A DNA stretch of 64,000 bases from Desulfobacterales bacterium (lineage in GTDB: Bacteria > Desulfobacterota > Desulfobacteria > Desulfobacterales > UBA2174). The stretch is from assembly GCA_963668645.2 (NCBI GenBank), contig CAXXWC010000019.1:320001-384000 (forward strand), written 5' to 3'. This document shows positions 1 through 14,072 of the stretch, piece by piece. The translations under genes were made by a program, and so were the position numbers. Positions within the stretch are counted from its first letter, which is position 1; each line of letters begins with the position of its first letter. Below the pieces are notes generated by a model that saw only the letters and a list, made by a program, of their open reading frames with translations, was not told the origin of the DNA and did no database searches.

Positions 1-988
1 CCGTGTTGGCGATGGCCGACCCGGAAACCGAACCGAAGAACCCGGAGGCCATCACGGCCACCTTGGCCGGCCCGCCCACGGTGCGGCCGGCGATGGCCAT
101 GGGCAGATCGAGAAAGAAACGGCTGGCACCCGAATACTTGAGAAACGAACCGAAAAAGATAAAGAGGATGACGTAGGTGACCAGCACCGAGGCCATGATG
201 CCGAACACGCCTTCCTGCTTGTAGTAGATATGGTTCAGGGCGCGGTCGACCTTGAAGCCGGTGTGGGCGAAGGACTTGAGAATCGGAATCCCGTGCAGGG
301 CATCGCCCCAGAAGGCATAGGCGAGAAACGCGACCCCCACCAGGGTCATGGACCAGCCCAGGACCCGGCGCGCCACCTCCAGCGAGATGAGGATCCCCAG
401 GGCGCTGACCGCCGTATCCAGCGCCGTTTCAGATCCCATGCGGTAGTTGATGGCCGCGTATTCGACGATAAAGTATCCCACCACGAAAAGCGCCACCAGG
501 GCCATGAGAAGGTCCAGCGGCAGCGGGGTTGCCCCGTCGTTGCGCCCCCAGTTGCGGATCGGCAGAAAGAAGATCACCGCCGCACCGATTCCCACCAGGG
601 CGTAAATGGGGTTGATCCCTTCCAGCGGGGTCTTGAGCCCCTTGGCGCCCAGGGCGAAATGCAGCAGGTAGTAAACCAGCATCATGACGGTGATGAACGA
701 AATCGCGCTGTCGATGTAATAGTCTTTTTCTTTGGGCGAGGCGGAGGTGGTCGGATAATGAATCAGTACCATCACATAGGTGAGCAGCACGTAGAGCCCT
801 AAAAAATACTGGGTATCCACCGGCGTGGCCGCACAATACATGTAAAAGAGCACCATGCCGATGCCCATGCCGGTAAACAGCCAGTGCCAGAAACCGGTCA
901 TGGCCCGGCCGGTCTTGGAATCCTTGCGGACGATCTCCTTTAACTTTTCTTGATCCGCCGCCGTTGTGGGAACTTCTGGTTCGGTCAT
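1..988 (-). CDS. TRAP transporter 4TM/12TM fused permease (runs off the left edge)
   Basis: Manual translation from ATG 988: MTEPEVPTTAADQEKLKEIVRKDSKTGRAMTGFWHWLF..., hydrophobic, later GVFGIMASVLVTYVILFIFFGSFL and GGPAKVAVMASGFFGSVSGSAIANT; follows a TAXI gene. Confidence 0.9.
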   Translation of the reverse strand, partial: MTEPEVPTTAADQEKLKEIVRKDSKTGRAMTGFWHWLFTGMGIGMVLFYMYCAATPVDTQYFLGLYVLLTYVMVLIHYPTTSASPKEKDYYIDSAISFITVMMLVYYLLHFALGAKGLKTPLEGINPIYALVGIGAAVIFFLPIRNWGRNDGATPLPLDLLMALVALFVVGYFIVEYAAINYRMGSETALDTAVSALGILISLEVARRVLGWSMTLVGVAFLAYAFWGDALHGIPILKSFAHTGFKVDRALNHIYYKQEGVFGIMASVLVTYVILFIFFGSFLKYSGASRFFLDLPMAIAGRTVGGPAKVAVMASGFFGSVSGSAIANT

Positions 989-1054
989 GATGGTGTCCTC
1001 GTTCAGCCCGTCGGGGCAGTGCGCCCGGTAAAGGACGCCAACCGTTTGATGGCC

Positions 1055-1087
1055 AAAAGGGGAAGCGCCGCAGCGGCGCTTCCCCTT
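1055..1087 (-). terminator. Stem-loop / intrinsic terminator between TAXI and permease genes
   Basis: AAGGGGAAGCGCCG-cag-CGGCGCTTCCCCTT perfect inverted repeat, T-run on the minus strand. Confidence 0.6.
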
Positions 1088-1110
1088 CGGGAATCTGGGG
1101 GTTCAACAGA

Positions 1111-2091
1111 TCACTTGGGCATCAGCCTGGCCGGGATCTCCTTGCCCTGTTCCTTCCAGAACTTGACCGCCCCGGGGTGCAGGGGCACCGAAGCGCCCTT
1201 GAAGTTGTTCTCCAGGGTCATTTCCTTGAAGGTCTTCTTGGCCATGACCATCGCCTCCATGCCCTGCTTGGACCAGAGGGTCTTCATGATGGTATAGATC
1301 AGCTCCTCGTCCAGGTCCTTGTTGGCGGTGAGGATCGCGCCGTCCTGGAAGGACTTGCAGTCGGGCATCTCCTTGCCGTAGGTGCCGGCCGGAATCACGG
1401 TCGGCGCATAGGCGAAGGCATCGTAGAATTTGGTCTTTTCAGCGTCCACGCCCACATCCACCAGGGCGATCTTGACCTGCACGGCCGCCTCGATGATCGA
1501 ACGGTTGGGATAGCCCACCAGGACCCAGAAAGCGTCGATCTTGCCGTCCTGGAAGGCGCTGGCGGCCTGGCTGTAGCCGAGGAAGGTGGGTTTGAAATCG
1601 TCCCAGAGGCCGATATGGCGGAAGAAGCGCTCGGCGCTGGCGGCAGCCCCCGAGCCGGCATTGCCCAGGGCGACGCGCTTGCCCTTGAGATCCATGGCGC
1701 TCTTGATGCCGGCATCGGTGCGCACCACCAACTGGGCCGGGGCCCCGTAGAGGTAGCCCATGGTGCGGATCCCGTCATACTTGTTCTCGTCCTGGGGCAG
1801 CTTGCCCTTGAAGCCCAGATCGGAGTCCACCGCGTAGCAGATGCCGAAATCCGACTCGCCGTTGTGGACCCGCTTGACGTTTTCCACCGAGCCGCCCGAG
1901 CCGACTGAGGTGGCCTTGATGTTGGCGTTGACCTTGGGCACATAGACGGCCATGGCGTTGGTGAACGTGTTGAACGTCCCGCCCGTGGGGCCGCCGCCGA
2001 TCTTGATGCTGTAATCCTTGGCCTGCACTGTGGTCATACCCGCCAGAATGACGGTGACGGACAACAAACTGATCCAGAGTAATTTTTTCAT
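1111..2091 (-). CDS. TAXI-family TRAP solute-binding protein
   Basis: Signal peptide MKKLLWISLL..., GGPTGGTF, SGGSVENV, DLKGKRVALGNAGSG, VPLHPGAVKFW; GGAG RBS before ATG 2091. Confidence 0.92.
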   Translation of the reverse strand: MKKLLWISLLSVTVILAGMTTVQAKDYSIKIGGGPTGGTFNTFTNAMAVYVPKVNANIKATSVGSGGSVENVKRVHNGESDFGICYAVDSDLGFKGKLPQDENKYDGIRTMGYLYGAPAQLVVRTDAGIKSAMDLKGKRVALGNAGSGAAASAERFFRHIGLWDDFKPTFLGYSQAASAFQDGKIDAFWVLVGYPNRSIIEAAVQVKIALVDVGVDAEKTKFYDAFAYAPTVIPAGTYGKEMPDCKSFQDGAILTANKDLDEELIYTIMKTLWSKQGMEAMVMAKKTFKEMTLENNFKGASVPLHPGAVKFWKEQGKEIPARLMPK

Positions 2092-2195
2092 TACGCTCCT
2101 CCCGGTTGAAAGGTTGAAGTGATCCGTTGGGCGTTCCTGGATAGGTCCGCAAGCGGAAACAGAAAATAATGGAAAGACGATTGGCCAGCTATCCA

Positions 2196-2211
2196 TGCAA
2201 ATCCTGAGCCA
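2196..2211 (-). promoter_or_regulatory. sigma54 -24/-12 promoter for the TAXI-TRAP operon
   Basis: Minus strand TGGCTC-AGGAT-TTGCA. Confidence 0.7.
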
Positions 2212-2466
2212 CTAGAAATTTTGGCGCAGCCCGGTGCCGACCGTCGAATCGGTGAGCCGGTTTGTGCCCTCTGCTTGCCGTTTCACCGGCGTCTCCAGCG
2301 CACCGCCATCGAAATCCCGGCGGCCAATTTCCGCCGCCATGTGGCGAAAATTGGCCGCCGGAACCATCTGAAACGCCTCCGATCCCGCCCCGGCATTGCG
2401 GGCTTCATGGACCGTGGGCACGGGCGGGCATGGAAGACTTGCGGGCTTCAGCCGGCCTCTGAATTC

Positions 2467-2482
2467 TGGCGTGTTTCTTGCT
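2467..2482 (+). promoter_or_regulatory. sigma54 -24/-12 promoter for the sdh/frd operon
   Basis: TGGCGT-GTTTC-TTGCT about 90 bp before sdhC. Confidence 0.7.
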
Positions 2483-2570
2483 TAAGCTTCTAAATTTAAA
2501 CCGAAAGGCGGATGACCGCCGATAACGGATTCAGCACAACGCCTGTCACGATCCACCACGGAGGAGGAAC

Positions 2571-3212
2571 ATGCACTGGTTTATGGAGACAATCGGCACG
2601 GCCATCGGCAAGAAGGTGTTAATGGCGTTGAGCGGGCTTTGTTTTTGCGGTTTTCTGGCGGCCCATCTGGCCGGCAACCTGCTGCTGGTCAAGGGGGCCG
2701 ACGCGTTCAACGCCTATGCCGACCGGCTGCAGTCGCTCGGGGCCCTGCTGCGTGTGGCCGAGGCCGGGCTGATCGTTCTGGCCCTGGTGCACGTGGGCAC
2801 CGGGCTCTATCTGTTTTACCAGAACTGGCGGGCCCGGCCGGTGCGCTACCGGGTCAACGCCACGGCCGGGGGCCAGAGCCTCGGGTCGGCCACCATGCCC
2901 TATACCGGTCTTTTGCTGCTGGGCTTTATCGTGTTTCATCTGTTGCACTTCACCTTCGTGGACAAGAGCGCCACCACGGTGTTCGCCCTGGTGGCCGAGG
3001 CGTTTTCCCATCCGGTTTACGTGGGGCTGTACATTGCGGCGGTGGTGGTGGCGGCCGTGCACGTAAGCCACGGGTTCTGGAGCGCCTTTCAGAGCCTGGG
3101 GCTCAACCACGGCAAGTATTTCGGCCTGGTGCGGGGCCTGGGGCTGGCATTTGCCCTGATCGTGGGAGCGGGGTTCGGCTTTTTGCCGGTCTACGTGGGC
3201 ATGGTGGTATAG
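2571..3212 (+). CDS. sdhC: Succinate dehydrogenase/fumarate reductase cytochrome b subunit (b558 type)
   Basis: IGKKVLMALSG, five TM segments, conserved His (AHLAGN, VHV, FHLLHF, HVSHGFWSAFQSLG). Confidence 0.9.
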   Translation: MHWFMETIGTAIGKKVLMALSGLCFCGFLAAHLAGNLLLVKGADAFNAYADRLQSLGALLRVAEAGLIVLALVHVGTGLYLFYQNWRARPVRYRVNATAGGQSLGSATMPYTGLLLLGFIVFHLLHFTFVDKSATTVFALVAEAFSHPVYVGLYIAAVVVAAVHVSHGFWSAFQSLGLNHGKYFGLVRGLGLAFALIVGAGFGFLPVYVGMVV

Positions 3213-3272
3213 GTCTTATTTGTCCTATCGGTCTTATTTGGGCTCCATAGGACCCATAGGACAGATAGGACT
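3212..3272. repeat. Inverted array of 9-bp units
   Basis: ggtcttatt/tgtcctatc/ggtcttatt then cataggacc/cataggaca/gataggact. Confidence 0.7.
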
Positions 3273-3320
3273 TATAGCGCTTCTTTAAATTTCACGGCAA
3301 CACAACAGCAGGAGACAGTC

Positions 3321-5233
<1,913 letters not shown>

Positions 5234-5237
<4 letters not shown>

Positions 5238-6001
5238 GCAGCCGCACCATCGATTTGACGCTTCTGGTCTGGCGCCAGAACGGCGCGCGCGACAAGGGCC
5301 GCTTCGAGACCCTGCGCGCGGCCGGGATATCCACGGACATGAGCTTTCTGGAGATGCTCGACGTGGTCAACGAACGCCTGAGCCTGGACGGCAAGGAGCC
5401 CATCGCCTTTGACCACGATTGCCGCGAGGGGATCTGCGGCATGTGCGGGGCGGTGATCAACGGCCGGCCCCACGGCCCGCAGCCGGGCACCACGCTGTGC
5501 CAGCTGCACATGCGCCACTTTTCCAACGGCGACACCCTGGCCATCGAGCCGTTCCGGGCCCGGGCCTTCAAGGTGGTCAAGGACCTGGTGGTGGACCGTT
5601 CGGCCCTGGACCGGCTGATGGCGGCCGGCGGCTACATTTCGGTCAACGCCGGATCGGCCCCCGAGGCCAACGCGACCCCCATCGGGGCCGAAGCGGCCGA
5701 GCGGGCCATGGACGCGGCGGCCTGCATCGGCTGCGGGGCCTGCGTGGCGGCCTGCCCCAACGCCTCGGCAATGCTCTTTGTAGGCGCCAAGGTCAGCCAC
5801 CTGGCCCTGCTGCCCCAGGGCCGTCCCGAGGCGGCCCGGCGGGCCCTGGCCATGGTGCGCGCGGCCGACGACCTCGGGTTCGGCAACTGCACCAACGTGA
5901 CCGAGTGCGCCGCCGAGTGCCCCAAGGAGATCTCCATCGTCAACATCGCCCGGCTCAACCGCGAGTTTCTAAAGGCCGCCCTGTTCTCCAACGAAGTCTA
6001 G
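5234..6001 (+). CDS. sdhB: Succinate dehydrogenase/fumarate reductase Fe-S subunit
   Basis: GTG start overlapping the sdhA stop; [33 protein letters not shown]. Confidence 0.95.
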
Positions 6002-6053
6002 GCCGCCGGGCCATCGCATGATCATTGATTCTCAACGGTCTCAAGGAGGCCTA

Positions 6054-6218
6054 ATGCCATCCGAAAAGCAAACCGCCGCGGCCCTGGCCGCCGTGGCGAC
6101 CTACATACAGCAGGAGGAGGCGGCCCGCCTGTCCGCCCCGCGGCTGATTCCGGCAGGCGCCTACAACCAGCTCTATCTGCTCTACATGCAGCTGCACGCC
6201 ATTTTCGGAGCCAGATAA
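6054..6218 (+). CDS. Small (54 aa) protein, possibly a carboxylase accessory (epsilon/delta-like) subunit
   Basis: AAGGAGG RBS; MPSEKQTAAALAAVATYIQQEE; directly before the carboxyltransferase. Confidence 0.55.
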   Translation: MPSEKQTAAALAAVATYIQQEEAARLSAPRLIPAGAYNQLYLLYMQLHAIFGAR

Positions 6219-6251
6219 CTAGCATATCGAATCGTAAAAAGGAGCCTTGTC

Positions 6252-8243
6252 ATGAGCGACCACGACCAGGTCAAGATGACCCAGATGCGCTACGAACCGG
6301 AGCGGCCCAAGGCGGCCAACCCGGTCAAGATCGAGGATTTGAGCCTGCGCGACGGACACCAGAGTCTGTTTGCCACCCGCGGGCGTACCGAAGACATGCT
6401 GCCGGTGGCCGAGATGATGGACCAGGTGGGCTTTTGGGCCATGGAGGTCTGGGGCGGGGCCACCTTCGACACGATGCACCGGTTTTTGAACGAAGACCCC
6501 TGGGAGCGGATCCGCACCCTCAAGCGCTACATCAAAAAGACGCCCTTTTCGATGCTGCTGCGCGGCCAGAACCTGGTCGGCTACCGCAACTACGCCGATG
6601 ATGTGGCCGAGGCCTTTGTCGAGCGGGCCTGCGAAAACGGCATGGACGTGTTCCGCACCTTCGATGCGCTCAACGACTATCGCAACTTCGAGACGGTGGT
6701 GCCGGTGATCAAGCGCTGCGGCAAGCATTTTCAGGGCTGCATCTGCTACACCCTCACCGAGCCGCGCCTGGGCGGCGAGGTCTACAACCTGGACTACTAC
6801 GTCAACAAGGCCAAGGCCCTTGCCGAGATGGGGGCCGACAGCGTCTGCGTCAAGGACATGGCCGGTCTGATCGCGCCGTATGACGCCTACGAAATCATCA
6901 AGGGGATCAAGGCGGCGGTGGACGTGCCGGTGCACCTGCACAGCCATTTCACCTCGGGCATGAGCGCCATGAGCCACCTGAAGGCCATCGAGGCCGGGGT
7001 GGACATCATCGACACGTGCCTGTCGCCGTACGCCTATCGCACGAGCCATGCGGCCTTGGAGCCGCTGGTGATGACCCTGCTGGGCACGGACCGCGACACG
7101 GGGTTCGACATCCGGCTGCTGGGGCGGATCAACGGGATCCTGGAAAAGCAGGTGATGCCCAAGTACCGCCATCTTCTGGATGACACCAAGATGTCGATCA
7201 TCGACATCAACGTCTTGCTGCACCAGACCCCGGGCGGGATGCTCAGCAACCTGGTCAACCAGCTGCGCGAGATGGACGCGCTGGACAAGATCGACGCGGT
7301 CTACAAGGAGCTGCCGCGGGTCCGAAAGGAGCTGGGCCAGATTCCGCTGGTCACGCCCACCAGCCAGATCGTGGGGATCCAGACAGTCAACAACGTGCTG
7401 TTCGACGACGAGACCGAGCGCTACAAGATGATCACGGCCCAGGTCAAGGATCTGTGCTACGGGCTGTACGGCAAGACGGCGGTGCCCATCGACGCCGAGG
7501 TGCAAAAGAAGGCCTTGAAGGGGTATGCGCGCGGCGAGGAGCCGATCACCTGCCGGCCGGCCGAGGTGCTCGATCCCGAGCTGCCCAAGGCCAAGCAGGA
7601 TGTGGGGAATCTGGCCCTGGAACAGGACGACCTGATCACCTACGCGCTCTATCCGGTGACGGGCAAGCGCTTTTTGAGCTGGAAGTACGGCCATGAGCCG
7701 GCGCCCGAGGAGGTGCGGCCGACGACCCTCGAGCAGGTCCGGGCGCGCCAGGAGCTGGTGAAAAAGGCCCTGGCCGGCGAGCTGGTGGCAAAGCCGTCCA
7801 AGGAGGCCCCGGAAAAGAGCGAGGCGGCGCGCACCTTCAACGTGTTCGTGGACGGGGAATACTTCGAGGTGGGCGTGGACGAGGTGGGCGGCAGCCCGGT
7901 GCTGAGCTACATCCAGCAGATGCCGGCGGCCCCGGCGTATGCACCGCCGGTCGCAGCCCCGGCCCCCAAGGCAGCCCCCAGTGCGGCCCCGGAAAAGAGC
8001 GCGGCGCCGGCGCCGGCCGATCCGCCCGAGGGGACACCGCTGGCGGCCCCCATGCCCGGGATGATCGTCAGCGTGGCCAAGCAGGTGGGCGAGAAGGTGG
8101 AAAAGGGCGACACCCTGGTGGTGCTCGAAGCCATGAAGATGGAAAACGCCCTGCCCTCGCCGGTCTCGGGCACGGTCCAGGCGGTCAACGTGGCCCAGGG
8201 GGCCAACGTCTCCAAGGGGCAGGTACTGGTGGTGGTGGGCTAA
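6252..8243 (+). CDS. Pyruvate carboxylase subunit B / oxaloacetate decarboxylase alpha-type carboxyltransferase with biotinyl domain
   Basis: LRDGHQSLFATR, WGGATFD, KDMAG, HLHSH, LVTPTSQIVG, Ala/Pro linker, EAMKMEN biotin site. Confidence 0.93.
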   Translation: MSDHDQVKMTQMRYEPERPKAANPVKIEDLSLRDGHQSLFATRGRTEDMLPVAEMMDQVGFWAMEVWGGATFDTMHRFLNEDPWERIRTLKRYIKKTPFSMLLRGQNLVGYRNYADDVAEAFVERACENGMDVFRTFDALNDYRNFETVVPVIKRCGKHFQGCICYTLTEPRLGGEVYNLDYYVNKAKALAEMGADSVCVKDMAGLIAPYDAYEIIKGIKAAVDVPVHLHSHFTSGMSAMSHLKAIEAGVDIIDTCLSPYAYRTSHAALEPLVMTLLGTDRDTGFDIRLLGRINGILEKQVMPKYRHLLDDTKMSIIDINVLLHQTPGGMLSNLVNQLREMDALDKIDAVYKELPRVRKELGQIPLVTPTSQIVGIQTVNNVLFDDETERYKMITAQVKDLCYGLYGKTAVPIDAEVQKKALKGYARGEEPITCRPAEVLDPELPKAKQDVGNLALEQDDLITYALYPVTGKRFLSWKYGHEPAPEEVRPTTLEQVRARQELVKKALAGELVAKPSKEAPEKSEAARTFNVFVDGEYFEVGVDEVGGSPVLSYIQQMPAAPAYAPPVAAPAPKAAPSAAPEKSAAPAPADPPEGTPLAAPMPGMIVSVAKQVGEKVEKGDTLVVLEAMKMENALPSPVSGTVQAVNVAQGANVSKGQVLVVVG

Positions 8244-8512
8244 AACGTACCGTAATCGTGGAACAAACAGCGCGCAGCGGTTGGGCCGCGCTTGGATTCC
8301 AGGCATTGAACAATCCGCTTGCACACAGGCCGTTCCGCCCGATACGGGGTCGGGCGGCCTGTGGCATCTGAGCCGGCATGGATTTCATCGCACCGAAGAG
8401 ATATAATCCGAAAAACGACACTGGGCCCGAGGCCGGAACGACCTCGATGGGAATCTCCGGGCCCAGGCCATCCCAACGTCTGCCACACCGGACCAACGCC
8501 GGCAGCCCCAAA

Positions 8513-11500
8513 ATGCGCTTCGGAATCCTCAAAAAGTTTCTGGCGGCCTTTTTGCTGCTCTCCCTCTTGCCTTTGTTGGGGTTGAGCTACTATGCACGCC
8601 ATAAGGTGGTGGAAGTCGGTCAGACCGCCGTCGCCAGCAGCCGCCAGGCCCTGACGCAAAACGCCATGTCCCTGCTCGAAGCCCGGGCCCGGGCCATCGC
8701 CCAGCAGGTGGAGCTTTTCCTGCTGGGGGTGGCCGACGATCTTAAATCCCTGGCCATGCTCCCCCCCGACGCGGACCGCTACCGCCGCTTTCATCAAGTC
8801 CACCAGCGGCATATCTGGATCCGCGTCGGCAGCCCGCAGCACCCCGAGGAAATCCGTCCCCTGATTCCCCTCTACCGGGAAGTGGCCTGGGCCGATGCGG
8901 ACGGCATCGAAAGGATCCGGGTCACCGACGGCCGGATTCAAACCGTACCGCGGGTGGTCTCGGGTCCCTTTATCAGCGACTTCGGCAAGGAGGACTACTT
9001 CCGGCGCGCGCGGGAGCTTTCACCGGACGAGTTCTACGTCTCGCACCTCACCGGCCGCCACGTGCGCCCCGAAGAGCAGCTGCGCGGCGCCCCCAACGTC
9101 GAAACCGCCATCGGCGGCGGCGAATACCGGGGCATCGTCCGTTTCGCCATTCCCGTCTATCAGGACAACCGGTTTGCCGGGGTGGCCTCGGTGGCCCTGG
9201 ATCACCGGCATCTGATGGAACACACCCAGCATGTGCTGCCCATCGGTTCGGCCGAGGTGATCTTTCCGAGCTATACCAGCGGCAACTATGCCTTTTTGTT
9301 CGACGACGAAGGCTGGATCATCACCCATCCCAAGTTCTGGGATATCCGCGGCTACGATCCGGATACCGGGGTGTTGATCGATCCAAAGTCGCCCCAGTAC
9401 AACGAAGAAAGCCTCAAGGCCGGCCTGGCTCCGTTCAACCTGCTGCATGTGCCCTTTATCCACACCAACTACCGCTATATCGCCCTGGAGGTGCTCGACG
9501 GCCGCTCCGGCGTGACCCGCACCAGCAGCGTGGGCGGGGTCGCCCGGGTCATGGCTTTTGCCCCCATCCGCTTTCCCCACGGCGAATATGGTGCGCGCGG
9601 CTTTTTCGGCGGGGTAACCCTGGGCGCGCAGACCGACACCTTTCAAAAAGCGGTGGACGAAACCGCCGCAACCATCAACGACGACATCGGCCGCACGGTG
9701 AAAAGCTTCGCCTTCATCATCCTGGCCGCCGGCCTGGTGGTGGGGATGATCGCCGTTATCCTGGCCCGCAGCTTTACCCGGCCCATCCGCTTGCTGGCCG
9801 AAAAAGTCAGGGAGGTCCATCGGGGCCAGTACGATTTTTCGGTCGATATCCGCAGCGGCGACGAACTGGAGCTGCTGGGCCGCAACTTCGAGGAAATGGG
9901 CCATGAGCTGGAAAAGCACCGGCGCCACCTGGTGGCCTCGGTAAACGAATTGAAAGCCTCCAAGGAAGAAATCGAAAGCCATACCCACCGGCTCGAAGAC
10001 CAGCTCGACATTCTCAAGACGATTCATGCCCTGGGCCACCAGCTCAGCATCAATTTCGACCGGGACCGGATCCTGAACGCGGTGGTGACCGGTTGCGTGG
10101 GCGGGTTGGGGTTCGCCCGGGCCATCATCTATCTCTTCGATCCGCAGACCCGCACGCTGGACTGCGCCCAAACCCATGGATTCAGCCCCGAACTGGCCGC
10201 CCGGGCCGCATCGACCCGCTACCATGTGGACCGCCATGACTGCCTGGCGGTCCGCGCCTTCAACAGCGCAGAGCCGCTGCTGATTCGGGACGTGGACAAG
10301 GATGTCTCCCTTACCGCCCTGGACCGTCGCATCGCTTCTGAAAGCGCCGCGGTCTCTTTGGCATTCGCACCGATCCGGGCCGCCGAGCTCACCATCGGGG
10401 TGCTCGGGGCCGACTACGGCGCCGCCGCACGCCGGATCAGCGACGAGGCCATGGCATCCTTGAACATCGTGGCCAACGACGCGGCCCTGGCCCTGGAGCG
10501 GGCCCGCCTGATGGAAGATGTGGTCAAGGAACGCGATTTCATCGAATCGATTTTCGCCAACATGCTCAGCGGGCTGCTGGTGGTCGATACGGACGGGCGC
10601 ATCCACTCGGTCAACCGCAAAGCGGAACAGTTTCTGGGCGCCGCATCGGCCCAGCTTGCCGGCCGGACCCTGGAGGACGTGCTCAGTTCCTACCCCCAGC
10701 TTCTCGAGCTGTTTCGCAAGACCATGACAGGCGATGAGGTCACCTCGAGCCAGGTCGAGATTCAAACCGCCAAGGGGGCCCAGGCCTTTTTGGAAGTCGC
10801 CTCGGCCTGCATCCGCAGTCCGGGCAAGGCCGGCCGCCACCTGGTGCTGCTCATATTCCGGGATGTGACCCCCCGCAAGCGGATGGAGGCCCACCTGCGC
10901 CGCTCGGATCGGCTTGTATCCCTCGGCACCCTGGCCGCCGGCATCGCCCACGAGATCCGCAATCCGCTCACCGGCATCAGCCTCCTGCTCGACGACCTGC
11001 ACGATCGCATGGCCAACCGCACCGATGAACGGCTCCTGATGCAAAGCGCATTGGAGGAGATCGAAAAACTGGAAAAGATCGTCACCGAACTGCTCGAATT
11101 TGCATCCAATCCATCTTCCCGCCGCGTAACCCGGGACCTGCGCAAGGTCCTGGACCATACCCTTTTTCTGATCCACAAGCAGTCCATCCGCCAGGGCGTG
11201 CGCCTGGTCCGCGACAATCCCCAGGGCCTGCCCCCCCTGCGCCTGGACCCTGAAAAGATCAAGCAGGCGACGCTCAACATCCTGCTCAACGCCCTCAACG
11301 TGCTGCCCGAGGGCGGCGAAATCCGCATCACCACCCGGCTGCACGAACGGACCGAAGCCCTGGAGGGGCGCCGCGGAGTGGAACTGACCATCTCCGACAA
11401 CGGTCCGGGGATCCATCCCGAAGACCTGGAATACATCTTCGATCCGTTTTTTACCCGCAATCCCAAGGGATTCGGATTGGGGCTGTCCATCGCCCACACC

Positions 11501-11600
11501 ATCGTCGAAGAGCATCAGGGACGGATCGTGGTGGAAAACATCCCGGACGCAGGCGCCTGCTTTCACATCTTTTTGCCCGTAGAAAACGAAGGAAACGGCA

Positions 11601-11623
<23 letters not shown>
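8513..11623 (+). CDS. Sensor histidine kinase (periplasmic Cache-like, HAMP, GAF, PAS, HisKA, HATPase)
   Basis: Two TM segments, HAMP (SGDELELLGRNF), AHEIRNPL, DNGPGI, FFTRNPKGFGLGL. Confidence 0.92.
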
Positions 11624-12995
<1,372 letters not shown>

Positions 12996-13138
12996 AGGTT
13001 GACGCTCTTAAAAAGGCGCCTATATTTGAATTTTTCTCGTCCTGCGCCACCGGCCTTCACCGCCCAGCGAAGCGGAATGCCTCCGAGCCATACTCGGATC
13101 ACGAATCCTTCTTTCCCAAACCGGACGAGTACCTGACC

Positions 13139-13915
13139 ATGCGTTTTCTGCTTTATAATATCCGTTACGGCGCCGGCATCGGCCGGCGCATTCACTTTCC
13201 GTTTCCCTACAGCGGTTACCTGAAGCACACCAGCGGCCAACTGGATCGCATCGCCGACTTTATCAAAGACCAGCGGCCGGATATCGTGGGGCTGGTGGAA
13301 GTCGACACCGGCTCTTTTCGCAACTGCGGGGACAGCCAGGCCGCCGCCATCGCCGGCCCGCTGTGCCACCGGCACGTTTTCCGGACCAAGTACCGCAGCA
13401 ATTCCCTGGCCGCCAAGATGCCCCTGCTGCGCCAGCAGGCCAACGCCGTTATGACCAATCAGAAAATTCTCGGCCAGCACTTTCACTATCTCAACCACGG
13501 TATGAAGCGTCTGGTGATCGAGGTGGGTCTGCCCGGCCTGACCGTTTTTCTGGTGCACCTGGCCCTGAAATACCGCCAGCGCCAGTACCAGCTCGTCGAC
13601 CTGCACGAAATCGTGCGCCACACCCGGGGACCGGTGGTGGTAGCCGGCGATTTCAACGCGTTTCGCGGAGACGGGGAGCTGGCCGGATTCATGGACGCCA
13701 CCGGGCTGAAAAACGCCGATCCCTGGGGGTTGCCGTCCTACCCCAGCCGTTCGCCCCACCGGCAGCTTGACTTCATCCTCCATAGCCCGGAGCTGCAAAC
13801 CCTCGATTTTCAGGCCCCTGCCGTGCGCTACTCCGATCACGTACCGCTGATCTGGGATTTCGAGCCGGAACGCGCGGCGCATGCCGATTCCGGCGGCGGA
13901 TTGACACTGCACTGA
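13139..13915 (+). CDS. Endonuclease/exonuclease/phosphatase family protein
   Basis: YNI, GLVEVD, AGDFN, LDFI, SDHVP motifs. Confidence 0.88.
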   Translation: MRFLLYNIRYGAGIGRRIHFPFPYSGYLKHTSGQLDRIADFIKDQRPDIVGLVEVDTGSFRNCGDSQAAAIAGPLCHRHVFRTKYRSNSLAAKMPLLRQQANAVMTNQKILGQHFHYLNHGMKRLVIEVGLPGLTVFLVHLALKYRQRQYQLVDLHEIVRHTRGPVVVAGDFNAFRGDGELAGFMDATGLKNADPWGLPSYPSRSPHRQLDFILHSPELQTLDFQAPAVRYSDHVPLIWDFEPERAAHADSGGGLTLH

Positions 13916-14072
13916 CCGGATGATAACGGTCGCCTTGAACTGCGAGGCGCCTTCCAAGATTTGGGGCCGGAATAATCGCTCCCGGCAGCGGCCTGGGAAT
14001 GGGACCGGATTTCCCTGAACGATGGGGCGGGCAATCCGGCCTCAAGATATAAATGTCTATAGGACAACCCCG

